Positions 46,255 to 56,345 of a DNA stretch of 64,000 nt are shown one piece after another. The translations under genes were made by a program, and so were the position numbers. Each line of letters opens with the position of its first letter. Positions within the stretch are counted from its first letter, which is position 1. Origin of the DNA: Bacilli bacterium (GTDB lineage: Bacteria; Bacillota_I; Bacilli_A; RF39; UBA660); contig JAGAIS010000001.1 in the NCBI GenBank assembly GCA_017626405.1, forward strand, positions 230,885 through 294,884, given 5' to 3'. Under the pieces are notes generated by a model. It had not been told where the DNA came from, ran no database searches, and saw only the letters and a program-made list of their open reading frames with translations.

Positions 46255-47109
46255 ATGAAAATAAGTTTAATAGTTAATACTCATAATAAATGCATTTCTT
46301 TAATCTTATTATTAATCTCTATACTTAGACAAACTTTAAAAGATATTGAAGTAATTATTATTAATGATAGTAATAAGTTTAATAAGTTATTAACATACTT
46401 TATAAATAAAGCAAAGTTTCAGGTGATAGTTATTAATGATTCGCTTCCAATTAGCAATTTAAAGAATAAAGCTTTAAATATGGCTAGTGGAGAATATATC
46501 ATGTTTTTGAATGCAAATGATTATTTAAAATCAAATGCTTTAGAATTAATGTATAATAGTTCGAATAATGAAGACGTTATAGTTACTCATGGATATAAGA
46601 AATTTTTATGCTTTAGATTAAAAGAAAACTTTTATGTTACTAAATCCGATAATACCTTATATCATAATATCTATGCTAATAATAAATTGATAAGAAGAAG
46701 TGTTCTTTTAGAAAATCCTTTTATGAATAATGTCGATGATTATAATCTATCAAATATACCAATAATATTATCTAATTATAAAATAAAAGTTATTAGTAAT
46801 CGATTAATTACTTCAAAGATAAATAAATCATTATTTAATCGTAGAGATAATATTTTAGATGTACTTAAGATACTTGATTATATTAAACCTAAAATACCAT
46901 TGAGAGATTATAAAAACATAGCTATCTTAGAAATCCTTTATAGATTGGAAAATTATTTCTATAGTAAAAATGAAAATGAAAGTATTCAGTCTAGATTAAA
47001 AGATGAATTATACAAGATAGATAATTATTGGTTTGACTATGAAATTATTAAAATAATAATGGATAGAGATTTATTATTTAAGTATTTTATTAAGCATGCT
47101 AACTTATAA
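46255..47109 (+). CDS. GT2-like glycosyltransferase with substituted acidic motifs
   Basis: ISLIVNTHNK...EVIIINDSNK (DDGS position reads NDSN) and GEYIMFLNANDYL (DxD position reads NAND). Confidence 0.6.
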   Translation: MKISLIVNTHNKCISLILLLISILRQTLKDIEVIIINDSNKFNKLLTYFINKAKFQVIVINDSLPISNLKNKALNMASGEYIMFLNANDYLKSNALELMYNSSNNEDVIVTHGYKKFLCFRLKENFYVTKSDNTLYHNIYANNKLIRRSVLLENPFMNNVDDYNLSNIPIILSNYKIKVISNRLITSKINKSLFNRRDNILDVLKILDYIKPKIPLRDYKNIAILEILYRLENYFYSKNENESIQSRLKDELYKIDNYWFDYEIIKIIMDRDLLFKYFIKHANL

Positions 47110-47120
47110 ATAATTAATAA

Positions 47121-47156
47121 TCACCCATAATAAAAATGGGTGATTTATTTGTTTTT
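47121..47156 (+). terminator. rho-independent terminator
   Basis: TCACCCA-(9 nt)-TGGGTGA followed by TTTATTTGTTTTT. Confidence 0.65.
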
Positions 47157-47160
47157 ATTA

Positions 47161-47640
47161 ATGGTTAAAATATTCTTTGCAAGAATAATCGATGTAAGTT
47201 TAAATACAGTTAGAACAATGTTTATTGTTAAGGGAAATAAAATATGGGCAACAGTAATTGCTTTTTTTGAAATACTTGTATGGTATTATGCTGTAAGGGC
47301 AAGTATTAATACTGATGCAAATATGCATTTGATTGCAATATCTTATGCGTTTGGTTATGCTACAGGTACATTTCTTGGGACAATTATAAATGATTTTTTT
47401 GTAGATGGTATATATACAGTTAATATATTATCAGATAAGATTAAACGTAAAGATATAAGATATTTAAGAAGAGAAGGTTATAATATATCAGTTATTAATT
47501 GTAGTGATGATAAATATATTATTAATGTTACGATAAATAAAAAGAGATATAAAAAGTTTTTACAAACACTTAAAAAGCTGGATAATAAGTGTTTGATTAT
47601 TTTAAATGATGCAAAAATTGCGTATAATGGTTATAAATAG
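47161..47640 (+). CDS. UPF0316 family membrane protein (DUF5698/DUF2179)
   Basis: MVKIFFARIIDVSLNTVRTMFIVKG N-terminus is typical of UPF0316. The track start GTG 47140 lies inside the terminator hairpin. No clear SD, so the start is uncertain. Confidence 0.6.
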   Translation: MVKIFFARIIDVSLNTVRTMFIVKGNKIWATVIAFFEILVWYYAVRASINTDANMHLIAISYAFGYATGTFLGTIINDFFVDGIYTVNILSDKIKRKDIRYLRREGYNISVINCSDDKYIINVTINKKRYKKFLQTLKKLDNKCLIILNDAKIAYNGYK

Positions 47641-47667
47641 TATGATATAATAATAATGGTGAAGAAA

Positions 47668-48759
47668 ATGTATGATTATTTAATAGTTGGATCAGGTTTA
47701 TTTGGTGCAACAATAGCTGAAAGAGCAAAAAGACTAGGTAAAAGTGTATTAGTTATTGAAAAAAGAGATCATATTGGTGGAAATATCTATACGGAAAATA
47801 TTGAAGGTATTAATACTCATAAGTATGGAGCTCATATTTTTCATACTGATTATAAAGATGTTTGGGATTATGTTAATTCATTTGTTGAATTTAATAGATA
47901 TACTAATAGTCCGATAGCTAGAATCGATGATGAAATATATAATATGCCTTTTAATATGAATACTTTTGCTAGTATTTGGGATGATGTATTTACGCCTGCG
48001 GATGCAATGAGACATATTGAAGAAGAGAGAAAAGAAATGGAAGGTAGGGAACCTAAAAACTTAGAAGAGCAGGCTATATCTTTAGTTGGAAGAACAATCT
48101 ATGAGAAGTTAGTTAAAGGCTATACGGAAAAGCAATGGAATAGATCATGTACTGAATTACCTCCATTTATTATTAAAAGACTTCCCGTAAGATTTACCTA
48201 TGATAACAATTATTTTAATGATAGATATCAAGGAATACCAATTGGTGGTTATACTAAATTAATCGAGAATATGTTAAATGGTATAGAAGTAAGATTAAAT
48301 ACTGATTTCTTCAGTGATAGAGAAAAATTTATGAGTATAGCAAAAAAAATTGTCTATACGGGTCCAATGGATGAATATTTTGATTATTCTCTAGGAGAAT
48401 TGGAGTGGAGATCACTTAGATTTGATACTAAAATTCTAGATGAAGTAAATTATCAAGGGAATGCAGTAGTTAATTATACAGGACATGAAGTAGATTATAC
48501 GAGAGTAATTGAGCATAAGCATTTTGAATTTGATACTACGAGCCCTAAGACGGTTGTAACATATGAATATCCTGCTGACTATGTTAGTGGTATGGAAAAA
48601 TATTATACGGTTAATGATGATAAGAATAATGAATTAGCTCTTAAGTATAAAGAGTTACAACAAAAAGAGGAAAATGTTATATTTGGTGGAAGACTTGCTG
48701 AATATAAATATTATGATATGGATGATGTCATAAAAGCTGCATTAGATGTTGAAATATAA
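47668..48759 (+). CDS. glf: UDP-galactopyranose mutase
   Basis: MYDYLIVGSGLFGA...VLVIEKRDHIGGNIYT, GAHIFHT, YTEKQW and the C-terminal GRLAEYKYYDMD are all Glf hallmarks. Confidence 0.9.
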   Translation: MYDYLIVGSGLFGATIAERAKRLGKSVLVIEKRDHIGGNIYTENIEGINTHKYGAHIFHTDYKDVWDYVNSFVEFNRYTNSPIARIDDEIYNMPFNMNTFASIWDDVFTPADAMRHIEEERKEMEGREPKNLEEQAISLVGRTIYEKLVKGYTEKQWNRSCTELPPFIIKRLPVRFTYDNNYFNDRYQGIPIGGYTKLIENMLNGIEVRLNTDFFSDREKFMSIAKKIVYTGPMDEYFDYSLGELEWRSLRFDTKILDEVNYQGNAVVNYTGHEVDYTRVIEHKHFEFDTTSPKTVVTYEYPADYVSGMEKYYTVNDDKNNELALKYKELQQKEENVIFGGRLAEYKYYDMDDVIKAALDVEI

Positions 48760-48780
48760 TCAACATCTTTTTATTTTTTT
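48744..48780 (+). terminator. rho-independent terminator after glf
   Basis: AGATGTTGA-(7 nt)-TCAACATCT plus a T-rich tail. Confidence 0.7.
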
Positions 48781-48834
48781 AATAAATATTCTTTAGAATA
48801 ATAATCATCTATGCTATAATTATTCAAGAGTAAG

Positions 48835-50088
48835 GTGATACTTTTGAAAAGATTAATAATGGTATTTTTAATACTAATTTCATCATTTCTATGTATTGAT
48901 GTAAGTGCTTTAGAAGATATTAATCTTCATTCGCCAAATTATATTGTATACGATATGAGTGATGATAGGGTAGTTCTACAAAACAATGTAGATGTAGTAA
49001 CTCCAATGGCGTCTTTAACAAAGATTATGACTACTATTGTTGCTATTGAAAATTGTCCAGATTTAAATAAAAAAGTCGTATATTCTAAGAGTATGAGAAG
49101 TGATATTGATTTTGATGCATCTTTATCGGGATTAATTGAAAATCAAGAATATACAGTGAGAGATTTATTATATGCTACTATGCTTCCTAGTGGAGCTGAT
49201 GCAACTAATGCTTTAGCATTTGCTGTAAGTGGTTCCATACAAGACTTCGTTGATTTAATGAATGAAAAAGCGGTCTTTCTAGGTATGACTAATACTCATT
49301 ATGTTAATACGCATGGGCTTGATAGAGATAATCATTATAGTTCTGTTAATGATTTATTTACTCTATTAAAATATGCTTTAAATAACCCTATATTTAGGGA
49401 AGTATATACGACTAAGAGTTATAATTTAAGTAATACTTTAGATAAATATAATAAAGAGGAAGATCCTCATCTTGTTCAATCAACTGTTGCTAAGACAGCA
49501 AGTAAGATGGGAATAGATGCATCAAGAATTTTAGGATCAAAGACTGGTTATACAGATAATGCAGGTAAATGCATATCTATTCTTTTTAATAGTAATGGAC
49601 ATGAATATTTAGCTATTACAACTAAAGCACCTTATCCATATAAGACAAATTATCATATTGAAGATGCTATTAATATTATCAATTATATTGATAATAACTA
49701 TAATAATCAAATACTTGTTAAAGCTGGAACTTTAATTGAATCTATTAATGTTAATTTATCTGAAATAGATAAATTTGATATAGTAACTAAAAATGATGTT
49801 ACTAAATATTTGAGCAATGACTATGAAAAAAGTAAGGTTAGTATTGAATATACAGGTTTAAAAGATATCAATTATAATTATAATAAAAGTAAACCATTAG
49901 GAGTAATTAAATATTATTATGATGGAGAATTATTAAAAGAAGAAGAGGTATTATTAGATATAGATTTAAAACTTTCTATAGAAAAGTTAGTTAATAAACA
50001 TAAATACTTACTTTTACTTATGGGTAGTTTATTAATTCTATTAATAATAGTTATTATTATAATGATCAAACGCAAGAGAAGAAAATAA
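48835..50088 (+). CDS. D-alanyl-D-alanine carboxypeptidase (peptidase S11) with a C-terminal TM anchor
   Basis: SxxK (ASLTKIM), SxN-like (LPSGADA), KTG (SKTGYT). Signal/TM at the N-terminus and a TM helix plus KRKRRK at the C-terminus. The start may be TTG 48844. Confidence 0.85.
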   Translation: MILLKRLIMVFLILISSFLCIDVSALEDINLHSPNYIVYDMSDDRVVLQNNVDVVTPMASLTKIMTTIVAIENCPDLNKKVVYSKSMRSDIDFDASLSGLIENQEYTVRDLLYATMLPSGADATNALAFAVSGSIQDFVDLMNEKAVFLGMTNTHYVNTHGLDRDNHYSSVNDLFTLLKYALNNPIFREVYTTKSYNLSNTLDKYNKEEDPHLVQSTVAKTASKMGIDASRILGSKTGYTDNAGKCISILFNSNGHEYLAITTKAPYPYKTNYHIEDAINIINYIDNNYNNQILVKAGTLIESINVNLSEIDKFDIVTKNDVTKYLSNDYEKSKVSIEYTGLKDINYNYNKSKPLGVIKYYYDGELLKEEEVLLDIDLKLSIEKLVNKHKYLLLLMGSLLILLIIVIIIMIKRKRRK

Positions 50089-50148
50089 TTTCTTCTTTTA
50101 TTTTTTTTATTTAATGATATAATATTAAATTAAGTTTGGAGGTTTCTT

Positions 50149-51099
50149 ATGAAATACATCGATAGTTGGTCTTCAGAATACCGAAAGAAAAAATTTTATC
50201 AGAAAAGAGCCGAAAAGGCTTTTAAAGAGAATATGGCAAATGTTCGCTTAAGCAATAATGATTCTTCGAAATCAATAGCTATTATGCTAGATTTAGAACA
50301 TACTAGTAATGATATTGATATAGGAAGTGCGAGTATCTTTGTAAGAGAAGTAGAAGTGATTAGGAGAAAATTCAATGCTAAGTGTTGTTATATTTGTATT
50401 TCTACTCATAGTGGTTCTTGTGAAGAAGTTAAAAGAGTATTAGATTTTTTTGCACCTTATACTAGTAATACTTTGAAGATAGGTAAGTCATATCTATATG
50501 GTGCATCCTATGATTATCAGAGTGATACATTGACTAATGAAGGGGCATTTTTCAATTCAAATAAATTGGATACTTTTAAGAGATATTATTTAAATGATCA
50601 ATATTTCGATAATGTTTGGTTTTGTGTAGCAGATGATTCTCTTGATTTAGATGTATATAATAAATTTAAAGATATTCATCCATGTCTATTTATTAAACCG
50701 GGTAGCAGTGAAAAATCAAATTTTATGTGTATTCCTACGGAGACTAAGGGATTTGATGGGGTAATAGAAGCACTAGATATATATATTAAAAGCATAAGTA
50801 AGTTAAATATAAATACCATATTGAGAAATCAAATGGAATCTATTAGTCATTTATCTAGTTTTGAATTAATTAATCGAGTAAGAAATCATGATTATGAATT
50901 TTTAATTAGATATTTTGAGGGGAATTATGCGGATGAACACGATTATTATGATGTTCTAAATTGGCTTGGATTACAAAAGAGAGAATTAATTGAAGAAGAG
51001 TTCGATTTGGTTCGTAGATTATTAGAACTTTTGCGAGCTGGATTTAAGAAAGAAGAAATGAATTCAAAGATATTAGAACTAGAAAGTATAATAAATTAA
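50149..51099 (+). CDS. hypothetical protein
   Basis: 316-aa ORF with RBS GGAGG. Weak HAD-like hints only (IAIMLDLEHT; CVADDSLD). Confidence 0.55.
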   Translation: MKYIDSWSSEYRKKKFYQKRAEKAFKENMANVRLSNNDSSKSIAIMLDLEHTSNDIDIGSASIFVREVEVIRRKFNAKCCYICISTHSGSCEEVKRVLDFFAPYTSNTLKIGKSYLYGASYDYQSDTLTNEGAFFNSNKLDTFKRYYLNDQYFDNVWFCVADDSLDLDVYNKFKDIHPCLFIKPGSSEKSNFMCIPTETKGFDGVIEALDIYIKSISKLNINTILRNQMESISHLSSFELINRVRNHDYEFLIRYFEGNYADEHDYYDVLNWLGLQKRELIEEEFDLVRRLLELLRAGFKKEEMNSKILELESIIN

Positions 51100-51116
51100 A
51101 TTATCTGTTTTGAAAT

Positions 51117-51145
51117 TTGACAAATAATACCTGTTTTGTTAAAAT
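51117..51145 (+). promoter_or_regulatory. near-consensus sigma-A promoter
   Basis: TTGACA (51117-51122), a 17-nt spacer ending in TG, and TAAAAT (51140-51145). It sits 34 nt upstream of ATG 51179. Confidence 0.65.
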
Positions 51146-51178
51146 AGAACCCAGTTTTAAAAAGAAAGAAGTGGGGTT

Positions 51179-51736
51179 ATGTTTCCTTTTGATGCTGATT
51201 GTTCATATTGCAGATATCTTCGTCCTAGCGATGAAAAGAAAGGTAAGTTTTATTGCGAGAAGAAACGCGAATATGTATCTGCTAGAGCAAGTATATGTAG
51301 TATGGCTGCTGAAGTAATGGGTAGACCAAATTGTGATAAAGAGGCTTTGAGAAGAATTTCTAGAAGTCATGGATATTATGTTGTTACTGCTATTACTGAG
51401 ATTTTAGATTTAGACAGCGATAATATTTATATGAGTAGTTTTAGATATTTGAGAGATGTTATATTACCAAATATGATTGATTATCAAGATTTCATTGCTG
51501 AATATGATTATATTGGACCAGCAATTGCAGAAAGACTAAAAAGTGATCCAGAAAGTCAAACATATGCTGAATATTTAAGAGTTTGTTTTTTGGACCAATT
51601 TGTAGCTCAATTTGAATCAAATAGTATTGATACTTCGATTGCAACTTATTCTCAAATGTTTGAACAATTAAAAGACAGATATGGAATATCTAAACAAAAT
51701 ATTGAACAAAAGAAATTAATATGCAAAGATGTATAA
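51179..51736 (+). CDS. hypothetical Cys-rich protein
   Basis: N-terminal CSYCRY...FYCEKK...CS...C cluster, then GYYVVTAITEILDL...FRYLRDVIL...EYDYIGPAIAERL, a conserved but uncharacterised module pattern. Confidence 0.55.
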   Translation: MFPFDADCSYCRYLRPSDEKKGKFYCEKKREYVSARASICSMAAEVMGRPNCDKEALRRISRSHGYYVVTAITEILDLDSDNIYMSSFRYLRDVILPNMIDYQDFIAEYDYIGPAIAERLKSDPESQTYAEYLRVCFLDQFVAQFESNSIDTSIATYSQMFEQLKDRYGISKQNIEQKKLICKDV

Positions 51737-51799
51737 ACAAATTTGCATATTTTTTTTACAAATGATATGATTAATTTGATGTCAGGGAAGGTATATAAA

Positions 51800-53665
51800 A
51801 TGGAAATAGTTAAAAAAGCTAGTCCTCAAACTAAAGAGGAATTAAAAATAGCAAAAGAAAGTTTAGCGAAAGAATTATTAGAAAAAGGTCTTTCTGGAAT
51901 TCCATCACAAGATAAAACTTGGATTAAAAATTATACTCAGGAACAATTGTCTTTAAAGACGCCTAAAATGAGTTTGTTTGAGTATTTATATAATAGAAAT
52001 GTTAATAATATGTCAGTTAATGCTATGGATTATATGGGTAAAAAGATAACATATGAAGAAATGTTTTATCATATAGAAGATACTGCTAAGAGATTTAAAA
52101 AATTTGGTGTTATGGAAAAAGATTATGTAAATTTAGCTCTACCAGTTTCACCAGAAACAGTTTATATGATTTATGGTTTAGATTATTTAGGAGCTGCTGC
52201 TTGTCTAATTGATCCTCGAGTTAATGCTGAAAGAATGCAATACTATTTAGATTTAGTTTCTTCTAAATTAGTTGGTATAACAGGTATTTATGCAAGTACT
52301 ATGCGTAGTATATTAAATAGTCAAAATGGTGTTCAAATGATTAATATTAATCCATTACAATCTTTTGATAATGGTGAAAAGGGAATGCTTAAGACCTTAT
52401 ATAATATGAAGATGCTTTTAGAACATGCTAAAGAACTGTCTTATAATATTTTTAATAATAATGGAAATAAAATTATTAGTTCTAAGAAATTCTATAATGC
52501 AGATGTAACTGATATAGTATTGGGAAGTCCTGTTTACTATGATGGAAAAATATCTTTAGGTGAATATACTAGTGGTACAACGGGAGTGCCTAAAGGATTA
52601 GAGCTAAGTTCTTCATCACTTAATCTATTAATAGATCAATTACAGTATTTGATTGATACAAAACCTGGAGATACAATATTAGCTATTATGCCACCATTTA
52701 TATCATATGGTGCTGCTTGTGGAACACATAATGCCTTTAGTTGTGGTTTAGAAAGTATTATGATACCAAAGTTTTCTCCAGAAATATTCCCAGAATTAAT
52801 AGTAAAACATAAACCAAATAACATTGTATGTGTTCCAATGTTCCTACAATTACTTATGGAATCTCCTTTAGTCAGTGAAGATTTTGATTTATCTTTTATA
52901 AACAATATAATCGTTGGAGGAAATAAGACTGATGCTGACTTTGAAATTAGATTTAATTCTTGGTTAAGAGAACATAATTGTTCTGCATACATTACTAAAG
53001 GTGGAGGTATGGCAGAATTTAGTTCTTGCTTATTCTATACACCAACACCAGAAACTTGTACGCCAGGAATATATGGAATTCCTCTACCTAAAGTCGATGT
53101 CAAAATTGTTGGAGAAAATGGTGAAGAATTAGGATACTATGAAATTGGAGAGATTCATGTTTCAAGTGATCAAGCAATGAATGGATATATTAATAATAAA
53201 AGTGCTACTGATGAATTTTTCTATTATGATGAAAACGGAAAAAAATGGGGACGCACTGGAGATCTTGGATATATCGATACTGATGGACAAGTTACATTGT
53301 TAAATAGAAAAAAACAAATGGTTGTTAGACCTGATGGGCACAATGTTTTTCCATCAGAAATTGCTGAAGTAATAAAAACACATTATTCGGTAAAAAATTG
53401 CATTGTTGTAGGTGTTAAAGATCCAAATATTTTAAGTGGCGAGTGGCCTACAGCTTATATAGAATTAAAAGATGAATATTTAGATAAAGCCGATAAAATG
53501 ATTTATGAAATAATGGAATTATGCTCAATTAAATTACCATTAAGGGATAGGCCTAGAGATAGAGATTATTATCAAGTAAAAAAGATAATCAATACTGTTG
53601 AAGGTAAAACTAATGAAGAAGAAACGATGAAGGACAATAACATTATAAAAAGAGTATTAAAATAA
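51800..53665 (+). CDS. AMP-dependent synthetase/ligase (acyl-CoA synthetase-like)
   Basis: YTSGTTGVPKG AMP-binding motif, GGGMAEF, RTGDLGYIDTDG. Start at the ATG after GGGAAGG. Confidence 0.85.
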   Translation: MEIVKKASPQTKEELKIAKESLAKELLEKGLSGIPSQDKTWIKNYTQEQLSLKTPKMSLFEYLYNRNVNNMSVNAMDYMGKKITYEEMFYHIEDTAKRFKKFGVMEKDYVNLALPVSPETVYMIYGLDYLGAAACLIDPRVNAERMQYYLDLVSSKLVGITGIYASTMRSILNSQNGVQMININPLQSFDNGEKGMLKTLYNMKMLLEHAKELSYNIFNNNGNKIISSKKFYNADVTDIVLGSPVYYDGKISLGEYTSGTTGVPKGLELSSSSLNLLIDQLQYLIDTKPGDTILAIMPPFISYGAACGTHNAFSCGLESIMIPKFSPEIFPELIVKHKPNNIVCVPMFLQLLMESPLVSEDFDLSFINNIIVGGNKTDADFEIRFNSWLREHNCSAYITKGGGMAEFSSCLFYTPTPETCTPGIYGIPLPKVDVKIVGENGEELGYYEIGEIHVSSDQAMNGYINNKSATDEFFYYDENGKKWGRTGDLGYIDTDGQVTLLNRKKQMVVRPDGHNVFPSEIAEVIKTHYSVKNCIVVGVKDPNILSGEWPTAYIELKDEYLDKADKMIYEIMELCSIKLPLRDRPRDRDYYQVKKIINTVEGKTNEEETMKDNNIIKRVLK

Positions 53666-53668
53666 TCC

Positions 53669-53701
53669 AAAAACAAATATCTAATGATATTTGTTTTTTT
53701 A
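53669..53701 (+). terminator. rho-independent terminator
   Basis: AACAAATATC-TAAT-GATATTTGTT plus T7. Confidence 0.8.
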
Positions 53702-53754
53702 ATAATTTACATTATATTATATTTTTGATAGAATTATCATAGGGTGAAGATGAC

Positions 53755-55590
53755 ATGAATGTTAACGGGTTTACAATATGCAGTTTGTTTTTTAGCATAT
53801 TACTTGCGTTTGTTTTCTTTTTTAAAGAAAGAGTTAATAATCGTGAAACAAAACTATATTCAATGCTTTTAATAACTAATGTATCTATGGGTATTATTGC
53901 TACTATAACTCATTTATTCATTCGCCATTATCAGGACTTAATAATTACTGATGTTATAAGCAAATTATTATTAATTTCTTATATTACTTGGATGTTTATA
54001 TTTACACTTTATTTGTTTTCTATTTCTCAAAAGTTTCAACAAAGGAATGATAAAATAAAAAGTATATTATACTTTTTTGCAATTTTATTTTATTTTATAA
54101 TGGGATTATTTATAGTTATATTGCCAATATATTATATAAATGATGATTTGATTGTTTATTCCTATGGACCTAGTACAAATATGCTATATATAGCAACAAT
54201 TGGATGTGTTATTGTATGGATTTTTAGTATAGCTATAAATTTTAAAAATTTGACTAATAAAAAATATTTACCTTTATATTTGATACTACTTATTGGTTCT
54301 ATAGTCGCAATTATTCAAAGGATGCATCCAGAGTTACTTCTTATAACAGCGATGCTTTCATATGTAACTTTTATAATGTATTTCACAATCGAAAATCCTG
54401 ATGTTAAAATGATAAAAGTGTTAGATGAAGCAAAATTATCTGCTGAAAAGGCAAATCGTGCTAAATCAGAATTCTTAAGCAATATGAGTCACGAAATTAG
54501 AACTCCTCTAAATGCCATAGTTGGTTTCTCTGATTGTATACTTGATGAAGATTCGTTAGAGGATGCTAAGAATGACGCTAAAGATATAAAACTAGCTTCA
54601 GAAAACTTACTAGAAATAGTTAATGGTATTTTGGATATTTCTAAAATTGAAGCTGACAAAATGGAAATTGTTGAAACAAATTATAATCCTTCAGAGATAC
54701 TACAAAATGTTGCCAAACTTATTAAACCGAGAATTGGAGAAAAACCTATCGAAATGGTTACCATATTTGCTCCGGACTTACCTTATATGTTATATGGTGA
54801 TTCTGGAAAACTAAGACAAATTGTAACTAATATTTTGACGAATGCTGTTAAGTATACTGAAAAAGGTAGAATCGCTTTCTATGTTAACTGTGTTAATGAA
54901 GAAGAGTATTCTAAATTAGTTATTTCAATCGAAGATACTGGTCGCGGTATAAAGCCTGAACAAATTGATAAATTATTTACAAAATTTCAAAGACTTGATG
55001 AAGATAAAAATACAACTTTAGAGGGTACAGGCCTTGGACTTGCTATAACGAAAAAATTTGTCGAAATGATGGGTGGAAAAATAATTGTTCAAAGTAAATA
55101 CGGAGAGGGTTCAAAATTTACTGTTTATTTAAAACAAAAAATAGTTCTTCGTGAACAAACTGAAGATTCCGTTGTTAAAGAAATGATTAATAAGTCAAAC
55201 GAGCCTGAAAAAGCTGATTATAAATCAAAGAAAGTATTAATTGTCGATGATAACAAAATTAATTTGCGAGTTGCTTATAAATTATTATCTAATTTTGGAA
55301 TAACTGCCGACACTGTAGAAAGTGGTTTTGAGTGTATCGATAAAATAAATGCAGGCATTAAATACGATTTAATCTTACTTGATGATATGATGCCAAAGAT
55401 GAGTGGTGTTGAAACTCTTCATAAGTTGAAAGAGATACAAGGATTTAATTCTCCTGTAGTTGCTTTAACTGCAAATGCTATTTCCGGTATGAGAGAACAA
55501 TATTTAGAATCTGGATTTAATGATTATTTAGCTAAGCCAATCGAAAGAGAAGAACTATCGAGAGTTTTAAAAGAATATTTAGGCAAATAA
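53755..55590 (+). CDS. hybrid sensor histidine kinase / response regulator
   Basis: About 7 N-terminal TM helices. H-box [12 protein letters not shown]-box [11 protein letters not shown]-boxes EDTGRGI / GTGLGLAI. C-terminal receiver ([34 protein letters not shown]). Confidence 0.9.
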   Translation: MNVNGFTICSLFFSILLAFVFFFKERVNNRETKLYSMLLITNVSMGIIATITHLFIRHYQDLIITDVISKLLLISYITWMFIFTLYLFSISQKFQQRNDKIKSILYFFAILFYFIMGLFIVILPIYYINDDLIVYSYGPSTNMLYIATIGCVIVWIFSIAINFKNLTNKKYLPLYLILLIGSIVAIIQRMHPELLLITAMLSYVTFIMYFTIENPDVKMIKVLDEAKLSAEKANRAKSEFLSNMSHEIRTPLNAIVGFSDCILDEDSLEDAKNDAKDIKLASENLLEIVNGILDISKIEADKMEIVETNYNPSEILQNVAKLIKPRIGEKPIEMVTIFAPDLPYMLYGDSGKLRQIVTNILTNAVKYTEKGRIAFYVNCVNEEEYSKLVISIEDTGRGIKPEQIDKLFTKFQRLDEDKNTTLEGTGLGLAITKKFVEMMGGKIIVQSKYGEGSKFTVYLKQKIVLREQTEDSVVKEMINKSNEPEKADYKSKKVLIVDDNKINLRVAYKLLSNFGITADTVESGFECIDKINAGIKYDLILLDDMMPKMSGVETLHKLKEIQGFNSPVVALTANAISGMREQYLESGFNDYLAKPIEREELSRVLKEYLGK

Positions 55591-55619
55591 AAACTAGTTA
55601 TGTAAATTAACTGGTTTTT
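55588..55619. terminator. bidirectional terminator
   Basis: AAAACTAGTTA-(7 nt)-TAACTGGTTTT between convergent genes. Confidence 0.65.
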
Positions 55620-56065
55620 ATATTATTATTTAAGAATTCATCAATTGCATTTTCATCAATATTATCGTATTCTGTAACTTCTTCTTGTACTTGTTCAATT
55701 TCTCTAGTTTCTTCGATATTATTTTCTTTTATATCAATAGCCATTTCTTTTTCTCCAAGTACTTGAACACGGTAGTTTCCTTTGCCTGAAACTATTATAT
55801 GAATCGTTTTAGTTTTAACTAAATCGCTTAACTGTTTAATAGTATCAATAATAAATGTCAAATCTGATTTGTTAGCATTATAGATTTCTTCATTATAATC
55901 TTCTAATTCAACTGTTTGTTTGATAAGCATTATTTGTTCAATCATGTCATCTATCATTGTTTTAGCATTTATATAAAAACCGCGATCATTTACAAATATT
56001 TCTTTTTCAAATTCAGTAACACTAGTTTCTGCTTCTGTTATTAAAGTTTTTACTTCTTCCCTCAT
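55607..56065 (-). CDS. hypothetical acidic protein
   Basis: 152-aa ORF with strong RBS AGGAGGAAAG. No motif recognised. Confidence 0.55.
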   Translation of the reverse strand: MREEVKTLITEAETSVTEFEKEIFVNDRGFYINAKTMIDDMIEQIMLIKQTVELEDYNEEIYNANKSDLTFIIDTIKQLSDLVKTKTIHIIVSGKGNYRVQVLGEKEMAIDIKENNIEETREIEQVQEEVTEYDNIDENAIDEFLNNNIKTS

Positions 56066-56228
56066 TATTCTTTCCTCCTATTATATATAAATTATAGCAT
56101 ATTTTATTATCTTGTAAATAAATATTTTACAATTTTTGTTATTTTAGTATCTATATATAATGTAAAGTGATTTATAAAAAAATTTAAATTTTTTCTATTT
56201 ATGTTAGAATTATAATAGGAGTGATTGT

Positions 56229-56345
56229 ATGAATGATGTTTTAGATACATTAGAATTACTTGAAGAAATAGATGATATTTTATTATCTTTAGATGAAAAT
56301 GATGAAGATTTATTAGAAGATGAGGATGGTAACGATGGACAGTGA
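56229..56345 (+). CDS. 38-codon strongly acidic micro-ORF
   Basis: AGGAGTGA SD 5 nt before the ATG. It encodes MNDVLDTLELLEEIDDILLSLDENDEDLLEDEDGNDGQ. Its last 11 nt overlap the start of the next gene (ATGGACAGTGA). Confidence 0.4.
   Translation: MNDVLDTLELLEEIDDILLSLDENDEDLLEDEDGNDGQ

Noticed and set aside
51117-51317. 66-aa ORF overlapping the start of the Cys-rich protein gene
   Set aside because: Its TTG start coincides with the -35 TTGACA of a near-consensus promoter. It overlaps the better-supported 51179-51736 gene in another frame.
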